Of a stretch of 64,000 nucleotides of DNA, positions 1 through 13,389 are shown one piece after another. This DNA comes from Eledone cirrhosa (lineage: Eukaryota): positions 63,674,001-63,738,000 of the forward strand of contig OZ024745.1 of NCBI GenBank assembly GCA_964016885.1. Reading direction: 5' to 3'. The translations under genes and the position numbers were made by a program. Under the pieces are notes generated by a model. The model was not told the DNA's origin, did not search any database, and saw only the letters and a list, made by a program, of their open reading frames with translations. Within the stretch, counting starts at the first letter, position 1. Each line of letters opens with the position of its first letter.

Positions 1-554
1 CTAGTAGTGCTCCTTTTATTGTTGGTGGTGGGTCTTTTGTTCATAGTGCTATATTTGTTGGTGTATTGTTCTGGTTGTTCAAAGTGCGGTTTTTGTTGCT
101 GTTGTTAATTACATTTTTACAGCTGGATATTCAGAGTTATAATTATCATTAAGGAGCGCTATTTATTGTTCTCTTCCTGAGTGGGCAATTTTGGATCTTT
201 CACTATGTAGAACCTGTGGAAAGAGGGAGATTATTTTTGTCTTTATTTTTATTTTTGCTAAAAATTAGGGATCTTTTGTGTTTAAAATGAAGAATTTTCT
301 CTTAAGGGACGAATGCTGAGAACCACGCGCTTTACAACATATTAACAAAGCGTTTATAAAAATCTAACAATACAGATGTTATACTCAAATGAAAGGCAAC
401 ACATGTGAAGTAAACTAGAGTGGCAGCAGAAGTAGTATTAGCAGTAGCAGCAGCATTAATAGTAGTAGTATGAGCAAGAGGAGAAACACCAACACATGGA
501 TTTGCAACAACTGGGGTGAGGGGAAAGTCAATCAAATCGTCTCTAGTTCGTTGC

Positions 555-685
555 CGATACTTTATTTTATAGAACCCGTAAGGATAAAAAGTAACGTTAA
601 CCTCAGTGGGATTTGAACTCAGAACGTAATGGTCTGGAACAAATGTGGTAATCATTTGTTCGATGCTCTAATGACTTTGCCAGAT
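555..685 (-). mobile_element. tRNA-derived SINE, degenerate partial copy
   Basis: Matches the reverse complement of the copy at 12447-12638 (tactttatttt..cccgtaaggat..gttaacctc..gggatttgaactcag). Confidence 0.7.
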
Positions 686-1174
686 GAAATATCTTGTGCA
701 GTATTCCTTTTGCTATTGGAAAACACAATTGAATATACAGGGCATATCATAGATAATGTAAAAGTTTAAATCGGATAATTGAATTTTTTTAATTCAATTT
801 TTATTATGGGGCGTTGTGAAAACATAATTTAACTTTTGTGAAGAAGAAAACCATGAAATATGAGGCTAATCTTAAACTACACAAATACCTACATCATTCA
901 ATGATTGTGTAAAGTATTGACACTATTCTTTGAATAACCTTTTGAGATCTTTCGTTTAGCTTATTCCTTTCACACGCTGAGCTGAGTCACGAGGCAATTA
1001 TTTGCCCTCGATACGATACTTGTCAGTAGTAAATGAGAAACATTTATTTTATCTCTTCGACTTGCTCTGACCCAATATTATATTGTTTTCGCTGAGTAGT
1101 TCAAGTGATGTGACTTATGTTCGAAGATTCGCGAAACTATAGTAGCCGGAGTGGGGTGAGGTTTATTATTATTA

Positions 1175-1385
1175 TGTTGACAGAATCGACAGAGCACCGG
1201 ACACCATGCTTAGCGTCATAGAGTCACGTCTCTTTATGTTCTGATTTCAAATCCCTTCGAAGTTAGCTTTGTCTTTCATCCTTACAGGGTCGATAAAATA
1301 AAGTACTAGTAATGCACTGGGTCGATTTAATCGACTTTTCCCTCCCCTAAAATTGTTGGCCTTGTGCCTAGGTAAGAAACTATTA
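1175..1385 (+). mobile_element. tRNA-derived SINE copy
   Basis: B-box-like atttcaaatccc, then ctttcatccttacagggtcgataaaataaagtac and ggccttgtgcc, ending in a (TTA/TTG)n tail. Confidence 0.75.
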
Positions 1386-2746
1386 TTATTATTGTTGTTG
1401 TTGTTTTTGTGAGCCCCTTTCATGGGACGTGTGTTTCTGCAGCTCACCTTCTTATCTGTGCCACATTCCTGGGACAAGTGCAAACCCATGTTGAGCGCAT
1501 GTCATCTAGACTGCTGTCAGCTGCTTACTGCAATTCACCAAGGTGATAGGCTGACCGAAAACAAAGATTGCTTTCTATAGAATGTTAGAAGGTAAGAATG
1601 ACTGTGGCCTGGAATCTGATCTGGGCATTGATGGGGACAGACTGAAGAGAGTGGTTGTGCTACGGGAGGGCACTGCCGGTTCGAAATCAACTCCACAGGT
1701 ACTGTCAGACGGATGTGTCCGAGTTGCACAGAGAAGACACCGTTCTGCACACACTCACGCAGTGTCCTTACATTACTGACTTGTGGAGTTTTGTCTAACT
1801 GCTATTATCCTTCTCCATCTGAAGATTTCTCCGCTATCTTCTTTTGCCCGGGAAGGGCAGGATGTTTTTCCTCTGTCTGATTGCCGTACTGAAAGAGGTT
1901 GGGTGGTGAACGTGGCAGAAAGGACTGAAGACAGACACGTTCAACTTTGTCCAAATCCTCATCAACATTTTAAAGTTTGCAGTGTGCCACAATACTAAAT
2001 TACGAAATCATTAAGTAAAAACATATTTGAGTTTTAGTTAGGCAATTTTATTTTTAATTATTAAGTATATTTCGATTTTATTTATTTTTCAATAATTCAT
2101 TGTACGGAACGAAATCCTTTATCAATACTTTGTTAAAGTTTATTTCCTGCACATCTTCTAACCAGTTGATATCTTCCTCAGTCATATAGGATTTTATTGA
2201 AATTGACATAACTACTCTCTAAAATCCGGTACACTCTTATTTATAATCCAGATTAGTTGCACTCCTATCAGTTATAATTCTAATCTAATTGCAATGATTT
2301 TAATTTATGCTAATCTGTTGTATGTAAACTAATTTAAGTCATTTTAGTAGGGTTGATTTAATTCGATTATACCTCTCACCTATAAAAATATAGCCTTATG
2401 TCTATCAATTAATATTTGAAATCAACACATGTTTCGTGATCATCATCGAGTTTGATGAATGGCACGTTTGGGGAGGGGGTTGACTGACTTCATAGCATAG
2501 GTATTATAACGGCTTTTAAGTGAAATTTGGTTGATGGAAAATGTAGTGACGCTCGTTGTATTTATATGTATGCATATTATATATATAAATAACGTCTGGT
2601 ATTGCTAACATCAATGGAAATAAAATGTTCGAAAGACTGTGTGACTCCCGAAGGGTCGTTTTTTTAAGGTGACAACTTTAAATTTTATTTACGTCTAACA
2701 TAAATTTAAATAAAACATCTGTACCTTTACTTTTTGGATAAAAGTT

Positions 2747-2780
<34 letters not shown>

Positions 2781-3134
2781 GCATGTCTGCGTGTGTGCGT
2801 GTGTAAATGAGTGAAAGAGGAAGTGTGTGTGTGTGTGCCTGCTTATGTGTGTTTATGTTTTTATGTCACTGTCTGTTTATATGCCTCATAATGTAGCAGT
2901 TCGACAAATAGAGATTGATCAAATAAGTGCCTGACTTTGAAAAGCATGGTCACAGTTTAATGACTGTAGCCTGTAAAAATAAAAGAATATTGTATCTTCA
3001 TAGTTATCATTTGATTCCAAATATCTTGTTTCCAGAGATTTAGTGTTTATTCAAGTGAACATTTTTTTTGTATGATTTAAAACTAAAATAGTTATGCACG
3101 TTTACTAAGTAGAAATACAATTGCTTTTTTAATA

Positions 3135-3308
3135 ACTGTTTCTACTTTTGGCACAAGTCCAGCAATTACGCAGTGCATTACTGGTACTTTATTTTGTCGA
3201 CCCTGTAAGGATGAAAGGCAATGTTAACCTCGGCGGGATTTGAACTCAGAATGGAAACGGCCGTAACTCTATGCCTCAAAGCATGGCGTCCGACCCTCTA
3301 CCGATACT
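3135..3308 (-). mobile_element. tRNA-derived SINE copy
   Basis: High similarity to 12447-12638 in reverse complement. ttttaataa lies on both sides as a likely TSD. Confidence 0.85.
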
Positions 3309-4177
3309 GTTTTAATAATGAGGAATAAATTCATTTGTACGATCTAGTTTGTTTCGAGTCCTGATATCTTAGCTTACTTCTCTTGATGTTTTAGTGATAA
3401 CAGTTAATTTCGTAGCGAGAGTAACAATTAAAAACAAAAAACAATAATACGAACAAAACTAATAGCATAATAGATGAAGACAAAGGAGTTTTCGACACTC
3501 TCTCTCTAATGATCGATATGTGAAATTCAATAAAAACGTCGTCGGATACTTATAGAAAAATATAGAAGAGAAAAGAAAAGTTTCGAAAACCCAGAATACT
3601 TTTAAAGATGGCCTGCTTCAGTGAAGTCATTGCATTGTCGACCAATTACCTTTCATAGCGACGTACTTAGCAGTACCAAGGTTGAGTAAATCCTGCTTAA
3701 AATTAATTCCATTGAATTTTTCAAGCAAAATAATTCTGTTAGCTAAAAATAGATAAAAGACAATAGATAATTCAATCATATTGATCTAAACATTTATCAA
3801 GGTCTACAATCTATACTTATTTATATAATGTTTCTAAAGATGATAATTCTTTTCCTTTCTATATATTTAATTATTTATTTTTCTATCTACCGTTCTTTCC
3901 GTCTACCTATCTATGCATTATTCACTAAGAGAATACAAATGACAACAATTATGGAAAGAAACAGATGTATTCCATATATTTCCCGGATTTTCAATTTCTA
4001 GTATTTGATTGGAGACATGTCTCTGTCATAACAGGAACTAAAGTTTTTTCGAGTTTGGTTATCTATTATCTAAGACTGAAACATTTAAGACATTCGTTTA
4101 CCTTAAACAATGAGAAATAGCTTAACAATAAAGATTACCTTCACATTAAAAGTCTACTTTTGTAAAGTATAGATATA

Positions 4178-4244
<67 letters not shown>

Positions 4245-4266
4245 GTATATATATATATATATATAA

Positions 4267-4389
<123 letters not shown>

Positions 4390-4539
4390 TACACACACAT
4401 ATATATATATATATGTGTGTTTGTGTGTGTATGCGTGTATGTACATACATTTATACACGCAGACACACACATGCGTACGTACACACATATATATCCGGTT
4501 GACTTAAGACGTTAGGAAATTTTGAAATTTGACAAGTAG

Positions 4540-5020
4540 CAGCCCCAACGTAAAATGACTATAACAATAGTCAAAAGTCGATCACTATAACAGCTGAGAA
4601 AATTGGTTATTCCCATAGAGATGGAAATAATTTTCAGAGGCACCTTCAGGAAATCTAATCCCGTATATATCAAGTATTGTGTGATTTCGTTAACCGTTAC
4701 CCTTAGGTGCTTCTGGACACCAATTACCGTCGTTTAGAAGATTTTACGCCAGTAGCTTGAATTGTTAATATCTGCCCTTTGATCGGGATCTGAGATATCC
4801 AGGGATCGATTTAAGACAGAAGCCTCAGTATTTTTTTCATCTACAGAAGTAACTTACCCGATTTACAACTATTATACACATTGTTGTTAGAGTCATTTAC
4901 GATGAGACGGCTACATTTCAAATTTCAAATTTGTTCAACATTTTCTATGACAAGCCGATTTTCTTGACTGCTATTTATAGTAATAAAATATTGTTATAGT
5001 CATTTATATTGGGGCGGGGT
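4540..5020. mobile_element. MITE-like or fold-back element with degenerate inverted ends
   Basis: ccccaacgtaaaatgactataacaata (~4543-4569) versus tattgttatagtcatttatattgggg (~4989-5014). It lies between TA tracts. Confidence 0.45.
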
Positions 5021-5051
5021 ACTACATTATCAATTATGTATATATATATAT

Positions 5052-5248
5052 ATAGGAATAAGTATGACCCCGACGGCAGAGCTCAAGCCGTTTCCACGGC
5101 TAATTCTGGACTAGTCCAGAATTAGCTGTCGAAACGGCTTGAGCTCTGCCGTCGGTGTCATACTTGTTCCTATTACCCACTCTACTACCTTAAGTATTGA
5201 GTACTTTGGTGCGTTATGGTTCATCTGGTTCCTTAGCACATTTCCTTC

Positions 5249-5252
<4 letters not shown>
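5052..5252 (+). mobile_element. Family A short fold-back element in (TA)n (PLE-type 3' end)
   Basis: Inverted arms of ~60 bp centred on ctggactagtccag. The long arm ends ...ttccttcatt(TA)n. Eight copies in the window. Confidence 0.85.
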
Positions 5253-5312
<60 letters not shown>

Positions 5313-5349
5313 CGTATATATATATACGTACACATACACATATATATAT

Positions 5350-5411
<62 letters not shown>

Positions 5412-5413
<2 letters not shown>

Positions 5414-5605
5414 CAAGTGGAAGCTTAGTAAAATCGAAGCTTTGGCTGTGGGCAAGCAAAGTCGACCTACAATAGGAATGAGTTAGCAAAGCATTCAATA
5501 AGGGTAGGTCCTTAGAGTAATAACATACGTTTAAATAGCTTAACAAATTGAACATTGCGGTAGGCAAAACCCAACCCAAAGTAACGAAAGAACTAACAGG
5601 TTAAA
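5412..5605 (-). mobile_element. Family B interspersed repeat ending in (TA)n
   Basis: Reverse complement of 21159-21360 (ttactctaaggac..gtaggtcgactttgctt..ttactaagcttcca). Confidence 0.75.
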
Positions 5606-5886
5606 AAGATACACCTGGACAAATCAAACGATATACGTTTAAAATGTTTCTATGAAATTGAAATCAGTTATCCAACTTACGTAACAGGCACGCTCGTGGT
5701 ATTCCATGATCGAACAGAGTATTCATTTCATCAACAGGGATTCCGTTCTGCCATAAATCTGAGTGGACAAGCTAAATGCGGCCGCTAAGAATGCAGCCAG
5801 CGAACACTTAGTTGTGACGTGTTATTTCCAACAAGGGAAGCAACCCCCGGTTTTTGGCGGGTAGATTGAAAGTGTTAACAAAGGAA

Positions 5887-5953
<67 letters not shown>

Positions 5954-6204
5954 CCCAAGCAGACATAGGGCGAGGTGATAAAAGCTGACCTCGCCCAATT
6001 GCACCTGTCAAAGACCATGACACAGGACCGAGATGTCTGGCCTTACGCAGGAATACGGAAGATATCCAACTGGCACAGGCAGTATCTGAAGCATATATAT
6101 ATATATATAGCATGCACCACCCTCCCATCCCCACCCAATCCTATACATCGCCCCATGAGGACAAGTTGAAGTATACATCTGGCTTAGCCTCCTGCAAACA
6201 CTGT

Positions 6205-6355
6205 AAATGTGGTTGGCGTTAAGAAAGCATCCAGCCGTAGAAATAAAGCCAAAATCAGCTCTGCGTGAGCGAAACACGGTCCTCCGATCAGATATTTTAC
6301 AACCCATCCTACCCATGCTAACGTAGAAAATGGACGTTAAATGATGATGATGATG
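6205..6355 (+). mobile_element. SINE/LINE 3' end with (TGA)n tail
   Basis: gttggcgttaagaaagcatccagccgtag...ggacgttaaatgatgatgatgatg. A related fragment lies on the - strand near 30065-30100. Confidence 0.6.
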
Positions 6356-8103
6356 AAAGGAAGTGAAGGCGTTGGCGAGATGAGAGAATACATTATAGCG
6401 TTGGTGTTATGCATTAAATGAAATAGAAAATATTACAAAGGAGAAACAAACAAGAAGTCACGTAAATAACGGGACAGCATACAACCAAATGCAAATAGCA
6501 ATTTGGAAATACAGCAACATATAATAAACGTTTCAGATCATGAGGTATCTTTTGAGGATCTACTGTGTTTTAGCCCTAAGAATAGTAAACCTTAGCCCTG
6601 AGCTATACACCGTCATTGATGCCATTATAGGTCAGACGCCGTATCCGGATAATGATGAAGCAAAAACAACATACGGACGACAGGTGAGAAAAACAACATA
6701 TGGACGACAAACACAGAAAAAAAGGCATAACAAAGGGCAGGCAAAGAGGTGAACTGGGCGAAGGAAGAAGAGAAAGAAATGCTTATTAATTGCCAGTAGA
6801 AAAAAACATTACAAACAAGCAGGTGCAGTTACAGAAGAGCTAGGATCAAACAGCCAGCTGTTTGTTATAGGGTGAATGGTTAAATGATCTTAGTTTCTTT
6901 ATTCTTTTGAGGTATTTATTTTTTATCTCTTCTTAGTAATCGTTTCCTTATATTAATATTCTCACCTGTCCAAGAGACCTGCAGTTCTCAACTCCTTGCG
7001 AAGGTTGAATTCTAATGAAACTGTTTAAGTTCTTTAGATACTTAGGACAATATTTAGTTCTGTCATATGTTTCAGCTCCTCTATCCTCACACGAACACTA
7101 ACATGGCATTCAAATTGGCTCACATATTCTACAGTCTTTTGTCATCATCAAGGTGTTCTTCCACGTTCCGTGATCGATCACCCTGGGCTTCGTTTCTCTG
7201 CATTTATTCTCAGTCACACTACCCACTGGCCAGTCACATGAATCTCTTCCGATAGTCAAAATTACAAGAGAAACTTGATGTCTGATTTACCAAGGTATTA
7301 AATTCAAGCCTACCTGGAATATTCAAAGCCTGATTTTAACAATATTCAATAAAGCCCTGTGTTGTATGGATTCAGTTCATTAACAACTTTCGATTGATGG
7401 CTGTTGAATTCCTTGATATGAAAATCAGGCGATTTGTCGCAATGCTTAGGCATTCTCCATCACCCCAGCACTGAGGCACTGAATAGTATTTGTAATATAT
7501 TCAGTAATTTTACTGGAAAATATACTGTAGAACAAACAGAGATGTACTACAGTTTACTCACTCCAGGATTGTATCATGGTTTCAGATCATTCTCTATTAG
7601 CCATGGACGACTCAATCCATGGGAGAGAAAATAAGGAAAGGAAATTGTGGAAGTCAGTCGGATTGTGTGTATTGGTAATTTAAAGATAGAGCCTCATCAT
7701 AGACTGTCACGTTAGTTTTTTTATGAGAATTACATAAACATTGAAGTGTTTGAGGAATACACAGATACTTACAATATATTTCAATGGGTAGGTTGATTAG
7801 ATGATAGAAAAACTGTAATACTCATGCTTGAAATTGACAATGTCCATATAGCTTTACTTCATATATATATTCATTTTATTAAGTCTAAACTGAGTCTTGC
7901 TACACTGGAATTTCATCTGCTTCTCACTATTTACCCTTAATAAAATGAATATTCAAACTCTATTTCCGTATTGAGTACTCATTTCCAATTTCTCTCAGCC
8001 TTGAACTGCATACGGTCATGTATATATATATACAGTTGGGTGCGGATGCATTCATGTATATATGTGTGTGTCCGCATGTATCTGTGTGTTTCTAAATATA
8101 TTG

Positions 8104-8155
<52 letters not shown>

Positions 8156-8157
<2 letters not shown>

Positions 8158-8332
8158 CGAAGGAAATGTGGTAAGGAACCGGGTGGACCATAACGCACCA
8201 AAGTACTCAATACTTAGGGTAGTAGAGTGGGTAATAGGAACCAGTAGGACCTATTACCCACTCTACTACCCTAAGTATTGAGTACTTTGGTGCGTTATGG
8301 TCCACCCGGTTCCTTACCACATTTCCTTCGTT
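8156..8332. mobile_element. Family A symmetric fold-back copy
   Basis: Two perfect ~83-bp arms around an 11-nt loop (aaccagtagga), with (TA)n on both sides. Confidence 0.9.
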
Positions 8333-8378
8333 ATATATATATATATATTTGTGTGTGTGTGTGTGTGTGTGCATATAT

Positions 8379-8451
<73 letters not shown>

Positions 8452-8534
8452 CATATATGCATATATATATATATGCGTTTATGTGCGTGTATGTGTGTGT
8501 TTATATATATATAGATATATGTGTGTGTGAATGC

Positions 8535-8687
8535 TAAATTAGCTTCATTACTTTTATTATATGACTCAATTCTGAGTTCCAATCCCGCCGAGGTCAACTT
8601 TGTCTTTCATCCTTACGGGTCGATAAAATAAAGTACCAGTAATGCACTGGATAATTGCTGGCCTTGTGCCAAATGTAGAAACAATTA
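8535..8687 (+). mobile_element. tRNA-derived SINE, 5'-degenerate copy
   Basis: ctgagttccaatcccgccgaggtcaacttt...gtagaaacaatta. Confidence 0.8.
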
Positions 8688-10329
8688 CTTGTATTATATG
8701 ACTGATATTTTAACTGTCAGAAACAAAGAAAAATATATTTCCTCTGAGAGGTAGACGAAAAAAAAATTCAATTTTAGGCCATTTTTATAGGGGTGTCGTA
8801 TGCTTGTTTGAATTGTTAAAATTAACCCGCTATTAGCTACAAGCTATCTGCTTTTAACTTCAGATATAAAATTAAAAATTTCACTTGTAAGGATTTACAT
8901 AAGTCTTTTCTTTGTTTTCTTTTCTCTACTGCTGAATGAAATAGTGAAATTTTCGTTGAAATATAAAACAAAGTAAACAAAATAAAACAATATTCAAAAT
9001 GGTAGTAATATTCTCTAAATAAGTGAAATCGAAGTCATTTTGTTTCATGTTAAACATTCCGAAAGCTAAAATGCCTGAACGAATTTTTTTATAATATGCT
9101 TTTGAAAAAAAAATTAACAAAGCATTGATGCATACTAATCTGTTAGTTGAATAACTCTGTCGTAAATTTGTTCGTCTTACTTTCTCTCCTCTTATTAAGA
9201 ATACCTTGAATCTTTCGGGATATCGTCTCATAATTCGATAATAAGAGTAAATCCGAATTCCAGCCCCATAAAAAATGTTTAAAATAAAATAAACGTTCTA
9301 TATTAGATCTATTGTTTCTCCAGTGATTAAAACTTTGCTACATATATTTTAAAAGAGTGTATATTTTTCATTAAAATTATTTCTAAGTGTAGGTATATGT
9401 ATCTTATTTCATTCGTTTGTCTGCAAAAGCGTATATGTTTTATATGTGTGTAGATACAGGCAATCACACACAATCACACTAACTACTAACTCACACACAC
9501 TTATCTGTGTGCTCTGAATTATATCAGAAACTAGAGCTATAATGGTTTGCCGACAGCCAAATTCTATCATTGCTTAATATGAATTTCCAACCTTTGAAAT
9601 TTTAAATAGAATATACGCCCTTTTGAAGTAATTCTTTCATTCTTAAGCCATAAACCTCATAGAAGCTATCGATAACTAGATATTTCTTATTTTATTTAAC
9701 GCCGGAAAATTTTAGATTTATTTAAAACAATATGAGGTATTTCATTAAAAGAAATAACTACTTCTGTAGTTAGTTGTGCCTATGAAATGGAAACGTAAAA
9801 AAAAAAAAAATGACCTATAATAAGTATGATAAGGTTGGTTCTTCAGCAGAATTTCATCGATATATTGTGTGACGAGGTGGATAATTTCTTCACACCGTCA
9901 CTCTCCCAGGTACCCACTATGATGGGGAATACTAATTAAGAGGAATGTGAGAAGTAAAATGCCTCTATTAGGAATCGATCTGGGATGACAGACTAAGTGG
10001 TTCCTACCCCGAAACGCTCGAAAAAAAAATGCGAAGTTTAAGAATAGAAAAGGGATTTGATTTATGTGTGACTTGAAGGAGATGGAATGATAACCTCCTT
10101 GGATATGGTGCAGACGTTCACTCTCCATCACATAATAAAAGTATTTTTAATTATCTATACATGTATTTGGGATTAAATCATCTCATTAAATGGTTTTTGC
10201 ATTCCGGCTGTACCACGCGTATGCCCGATTGACCAACATTCTATATAGTGTTTCCTTTTCAGTCATTCCACTAAGCAGCGCCCATTAACCCTTTCGGTTA
10301 CATGGCCCGTGGAAAGCGGACGTGTAACA

Positions 10330-10900
10330 GTTCAAAGTCAATGAAACAAGCATAGACCTTAAGCAATTACTAATATGATTTGTTGAAGACCTGCTGCAGT
10401 GTAAAAACTTGGTCCGCCATACTGCGTCTGGAGCGAAGATAACACTGTTTGTCAGCTAGTTTAGACACCACAATATTCCTATATGTCTTTATCAGAGACC
10501 TAAAATAGACTTTACAGAGGAGGCTTAACAAGGAGTTCCTCTTTCATTAGAGCACTTCCCCTCTTCTCGCTTTTTATCAGAAATAAAATACCATCACCAT
10601 TTATGACTTATAACATTTCAGGCAGAATTTCTTCCTCCCTTGAGACCTTGCCACATGTGAGCACCTTCCTTGCTCTGATGACCTCTGCTGATGCACCTAG
10701 ATACACTTCATGTACATCAGAACGCGTTGTAGAAACCGGATTTAAGAGATCAGGACACTCTTCTACCCACTTCGCGAGGATGCTTCTATTTTCAACGAAG
10801 AGAAGGCTATCTTCATTTCGGTGCTCTTCTCTAACTTTAAAACTAGGGTTACAAATATCGGGTAATGACCTACAAACGGAAAAGGGTTCGGCCAAATGGC
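10330..10900 (-). pseudogene. RTE-like non-LTR retrotransposon reverse transcriptase fragment, degenerate
   Basis: ORF 10608-10895 ends EVIRARKVLTCGKVSREEEILPEML (EV..A...LK.GKA.G.D.I.PEML motif). Downstream the strand reads RSMADQVFTLQQVF..VYACFIDFE with stops. Confidence 0.8.
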
Positions 10901-11039
10901 CTTTAGATTAACGGACCGGTCGAGTTGCTTGGGATCTGGTTCAGTTCACGCTTTCAGGTGGACAGGAACTGAGACAAGATAAGGAGCAGAGTAGCGACTG
11001 TTACCAAGAAATGGGCCGAGATGAAGTAATCCCTGAAGT

Positions 11040-11150
11040 GCGTTATTAGTACTTTATTTTATCGGCCCCGTAAGGATGAAAGGCAAAGCTAGGTGGGATT
11101 TTAACTCAGAATGTAAAGGGCCGTAACTCAAACGAATAAAATAATAACGA
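11040..11150 (-). mobile_element. tRNA-derived SINE, partial copy
   Basis: tactttattttatcggccccgtaaggatgaaaggcaaag...aactcagaatg. Confidence 0.7.
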
Positions 11151-11566
11151 CTACAGGAGATATAATGATAATGTTGTCTAATTTAGGCACAAGTCCAGAA
11201 CTTTGAGGGAGGGGCTAGTCGATAAAATCAGCTTCTGTATTTAGAGATAAAAATCACAAAAACAATATACACAAAATAAAAACATAAAACAAATTTTGAT
11301 AACAATGACTTCTTGGCATTCATCTATTCTTTAAAGTATTTTCCAATAAAAACTAGAATATCAATCACAATATCAACAAAAATATTAGGAGATGATAATC
11401 ATCATAATCGCAGCTATAATCAGTAGAACAAGAGTTTTTAAAAATCAACAAATAAGAAAGTCCTGTTAGATCTGTGTACCCCATGTAGGAAAGATCGATG
11501 TACACTCACATATAATAATACATGAACATCCCCGCTCTATCTCTCTCTCTCTATCTCTCTATCTCT

Positions 11567-11642
<76 letters not shown>

Positions 11643-11677
11643 TAGAGAGAGTTAGAGGGAGAGGGAGAGAAATACAC

Positions 11678-11789
<112 letters not shown>

Positions 11790-12446
11790 CCACCCTTTCA
11801 ATAAAAAACAAAGTTGTTTATATAACTCGTATTGACGTCAGTTTTACCAACAATAGACCATTATGAGTAATTAACCGGAGAGCCGTTTTAACCAAAACAC
11901 AAGCCAACCAATCAACCACCATTATTTGTGTGTGTGTGTATTGAAACATGTGTCTCCATGCGCATGTGTACGAGTGCACGAATGTGCACTCACTCACACG
12001 TACATACATACACACATACATACATACATACATACATACATACATACATACACACACACGTACATACATACATACATATATACATACATACATACATACA
12101 TACTTATTCCTTTTATTATGTGAGCAATCAACCAGTGGGGCATAAAAACGTGATTGAGTCCATCATATTGCTGGACCAATCAAATTATTTTCCTTGCGAA
12201 ACGGAAGAGCGAGAAAATCGAGGAGAGGGTGGAGGGTGAGTGGGGTGGGAAAGGAAGAGCGAGAGAAAAAGGACGAGTAGAGAGGATGAACAAAGGGAAA
12301 ATCGAAATAACTCTATCGGGTGTAGTACGTATTTATCGACTCGGAGGGATTAAAAGCATATTCGCGGGATTTGAACTCAAAATATATGCAAAAGGCAACC
12401 AGAAATAACAAACGACATAGTATTATGAAGAAATATATTATTACTA

Positions 12447-12638
12447 AGGCGGTGGATTGGCAGTATCGGTAGAGGGTCGGACGCCATGCTTTGACGCAAA
12501 GAGTTACAGCCCTTTCCATTCTGAGTTCAAATCCCGCCGAGGTTAACTTTGCCTTTCATCCTTACGGGGTCGATAAAATAAAGTACCAGTAATACAACGG
12601 GTAATTGCTGGCCTTGTGCCAAACGTAGAAACAATTAT
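12447..12638 (+). mobile_element. Full-length tRNA-derived SINE (reference copy)
   Basis: A-box-like tggcagtatcgg and B-box gagttcaaatcc. ttattact lies on both flanks (TSD). More than 10 copies in the window. Confidence 0.9.
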
Positions 12639-12900
12639 TACTTTTACGCTTGGAAAAGTGTCTTAACGATTCGGAGGCTAGTCTTTCATCAGAAAAAAGA
12701 ATGAGAAATTAAAAAAGAAATACAAAGATCGAGGAAATGGGCAGGGCGGAAACGGAAACGCATTTTTTTGAGAGAAGAATAAGAGGTCCATTCATGTTGT
12801 CATCTCTTGGAAAACTGTTCTGTTGGCGTTTTGTTCATGATATATATATATTTTTTTTTTTGAAAGGTGATTATATATATATATATATATATATGTGTGT

Positions 12901-13083
12901 GAAAATAGTCAGGACCCCGACGGCAGAGCTCAAGCCGTTTCGACGGCTATTTCTGAGGTCAGAAATAGCCGAAAATAGTCCGGTGTGGTCGAAAACAAAG
13001 CGAAACACAATATACGTGTTATGCTGGCAAGTGCTCCATGGACCAAATAAAGAACAGAGCAATTAACATAAGTTATAAAGGAC
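12901..13083 (-). mobile_element. Family A copy with extra upstream sequence
   Basis: ccccgacggcagagctcaagccgtttcgacggctatttctga-gg-tcagaaatagccg followed by about 110 bp not present in the other copies. Confidence 0.75.
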
Positions 13084-13105
13084 ATATATATATATATATA
13101 AATAA

Positions 13106-13176
<71 letters not shown>

Positions 13177-13177
<1 letters not shown>

Positions 13178-13288
13178 GAAGGAAGTGTGGTAAGGAACCA
13201 GGTGGACCATAACGCACCTGAGTACACCTGCGTCCAGAAATAGCCGTAGAAACGGCTTGAGCTCTGCCGTCGAGGTCTTGAACATTTT

Positions 13289-13290
<2 letters not shown>
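13177..13290. mobile_element. Family A copy, two non-overlapping inverted pieces
   Basis: The reverse-complemented 3' end is joined to gtccagaaatagccgtagaaacggcttgagctctgccgtc, inside (TA)n. Confidence 0.8.
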
Positions 13291-13327
<37 letters not shown>

Positions 13328-13333
13328 TATGTA

Positions 13334-13389
<56 letters not shown>

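Noticed and set aside
5625-5672. Possible - strand HHR next to Family B (CTGA..GAAACattttaaacGTA)
   Set aside because: The core NGA and stem II are absent, so it is at best a decayed remnant.
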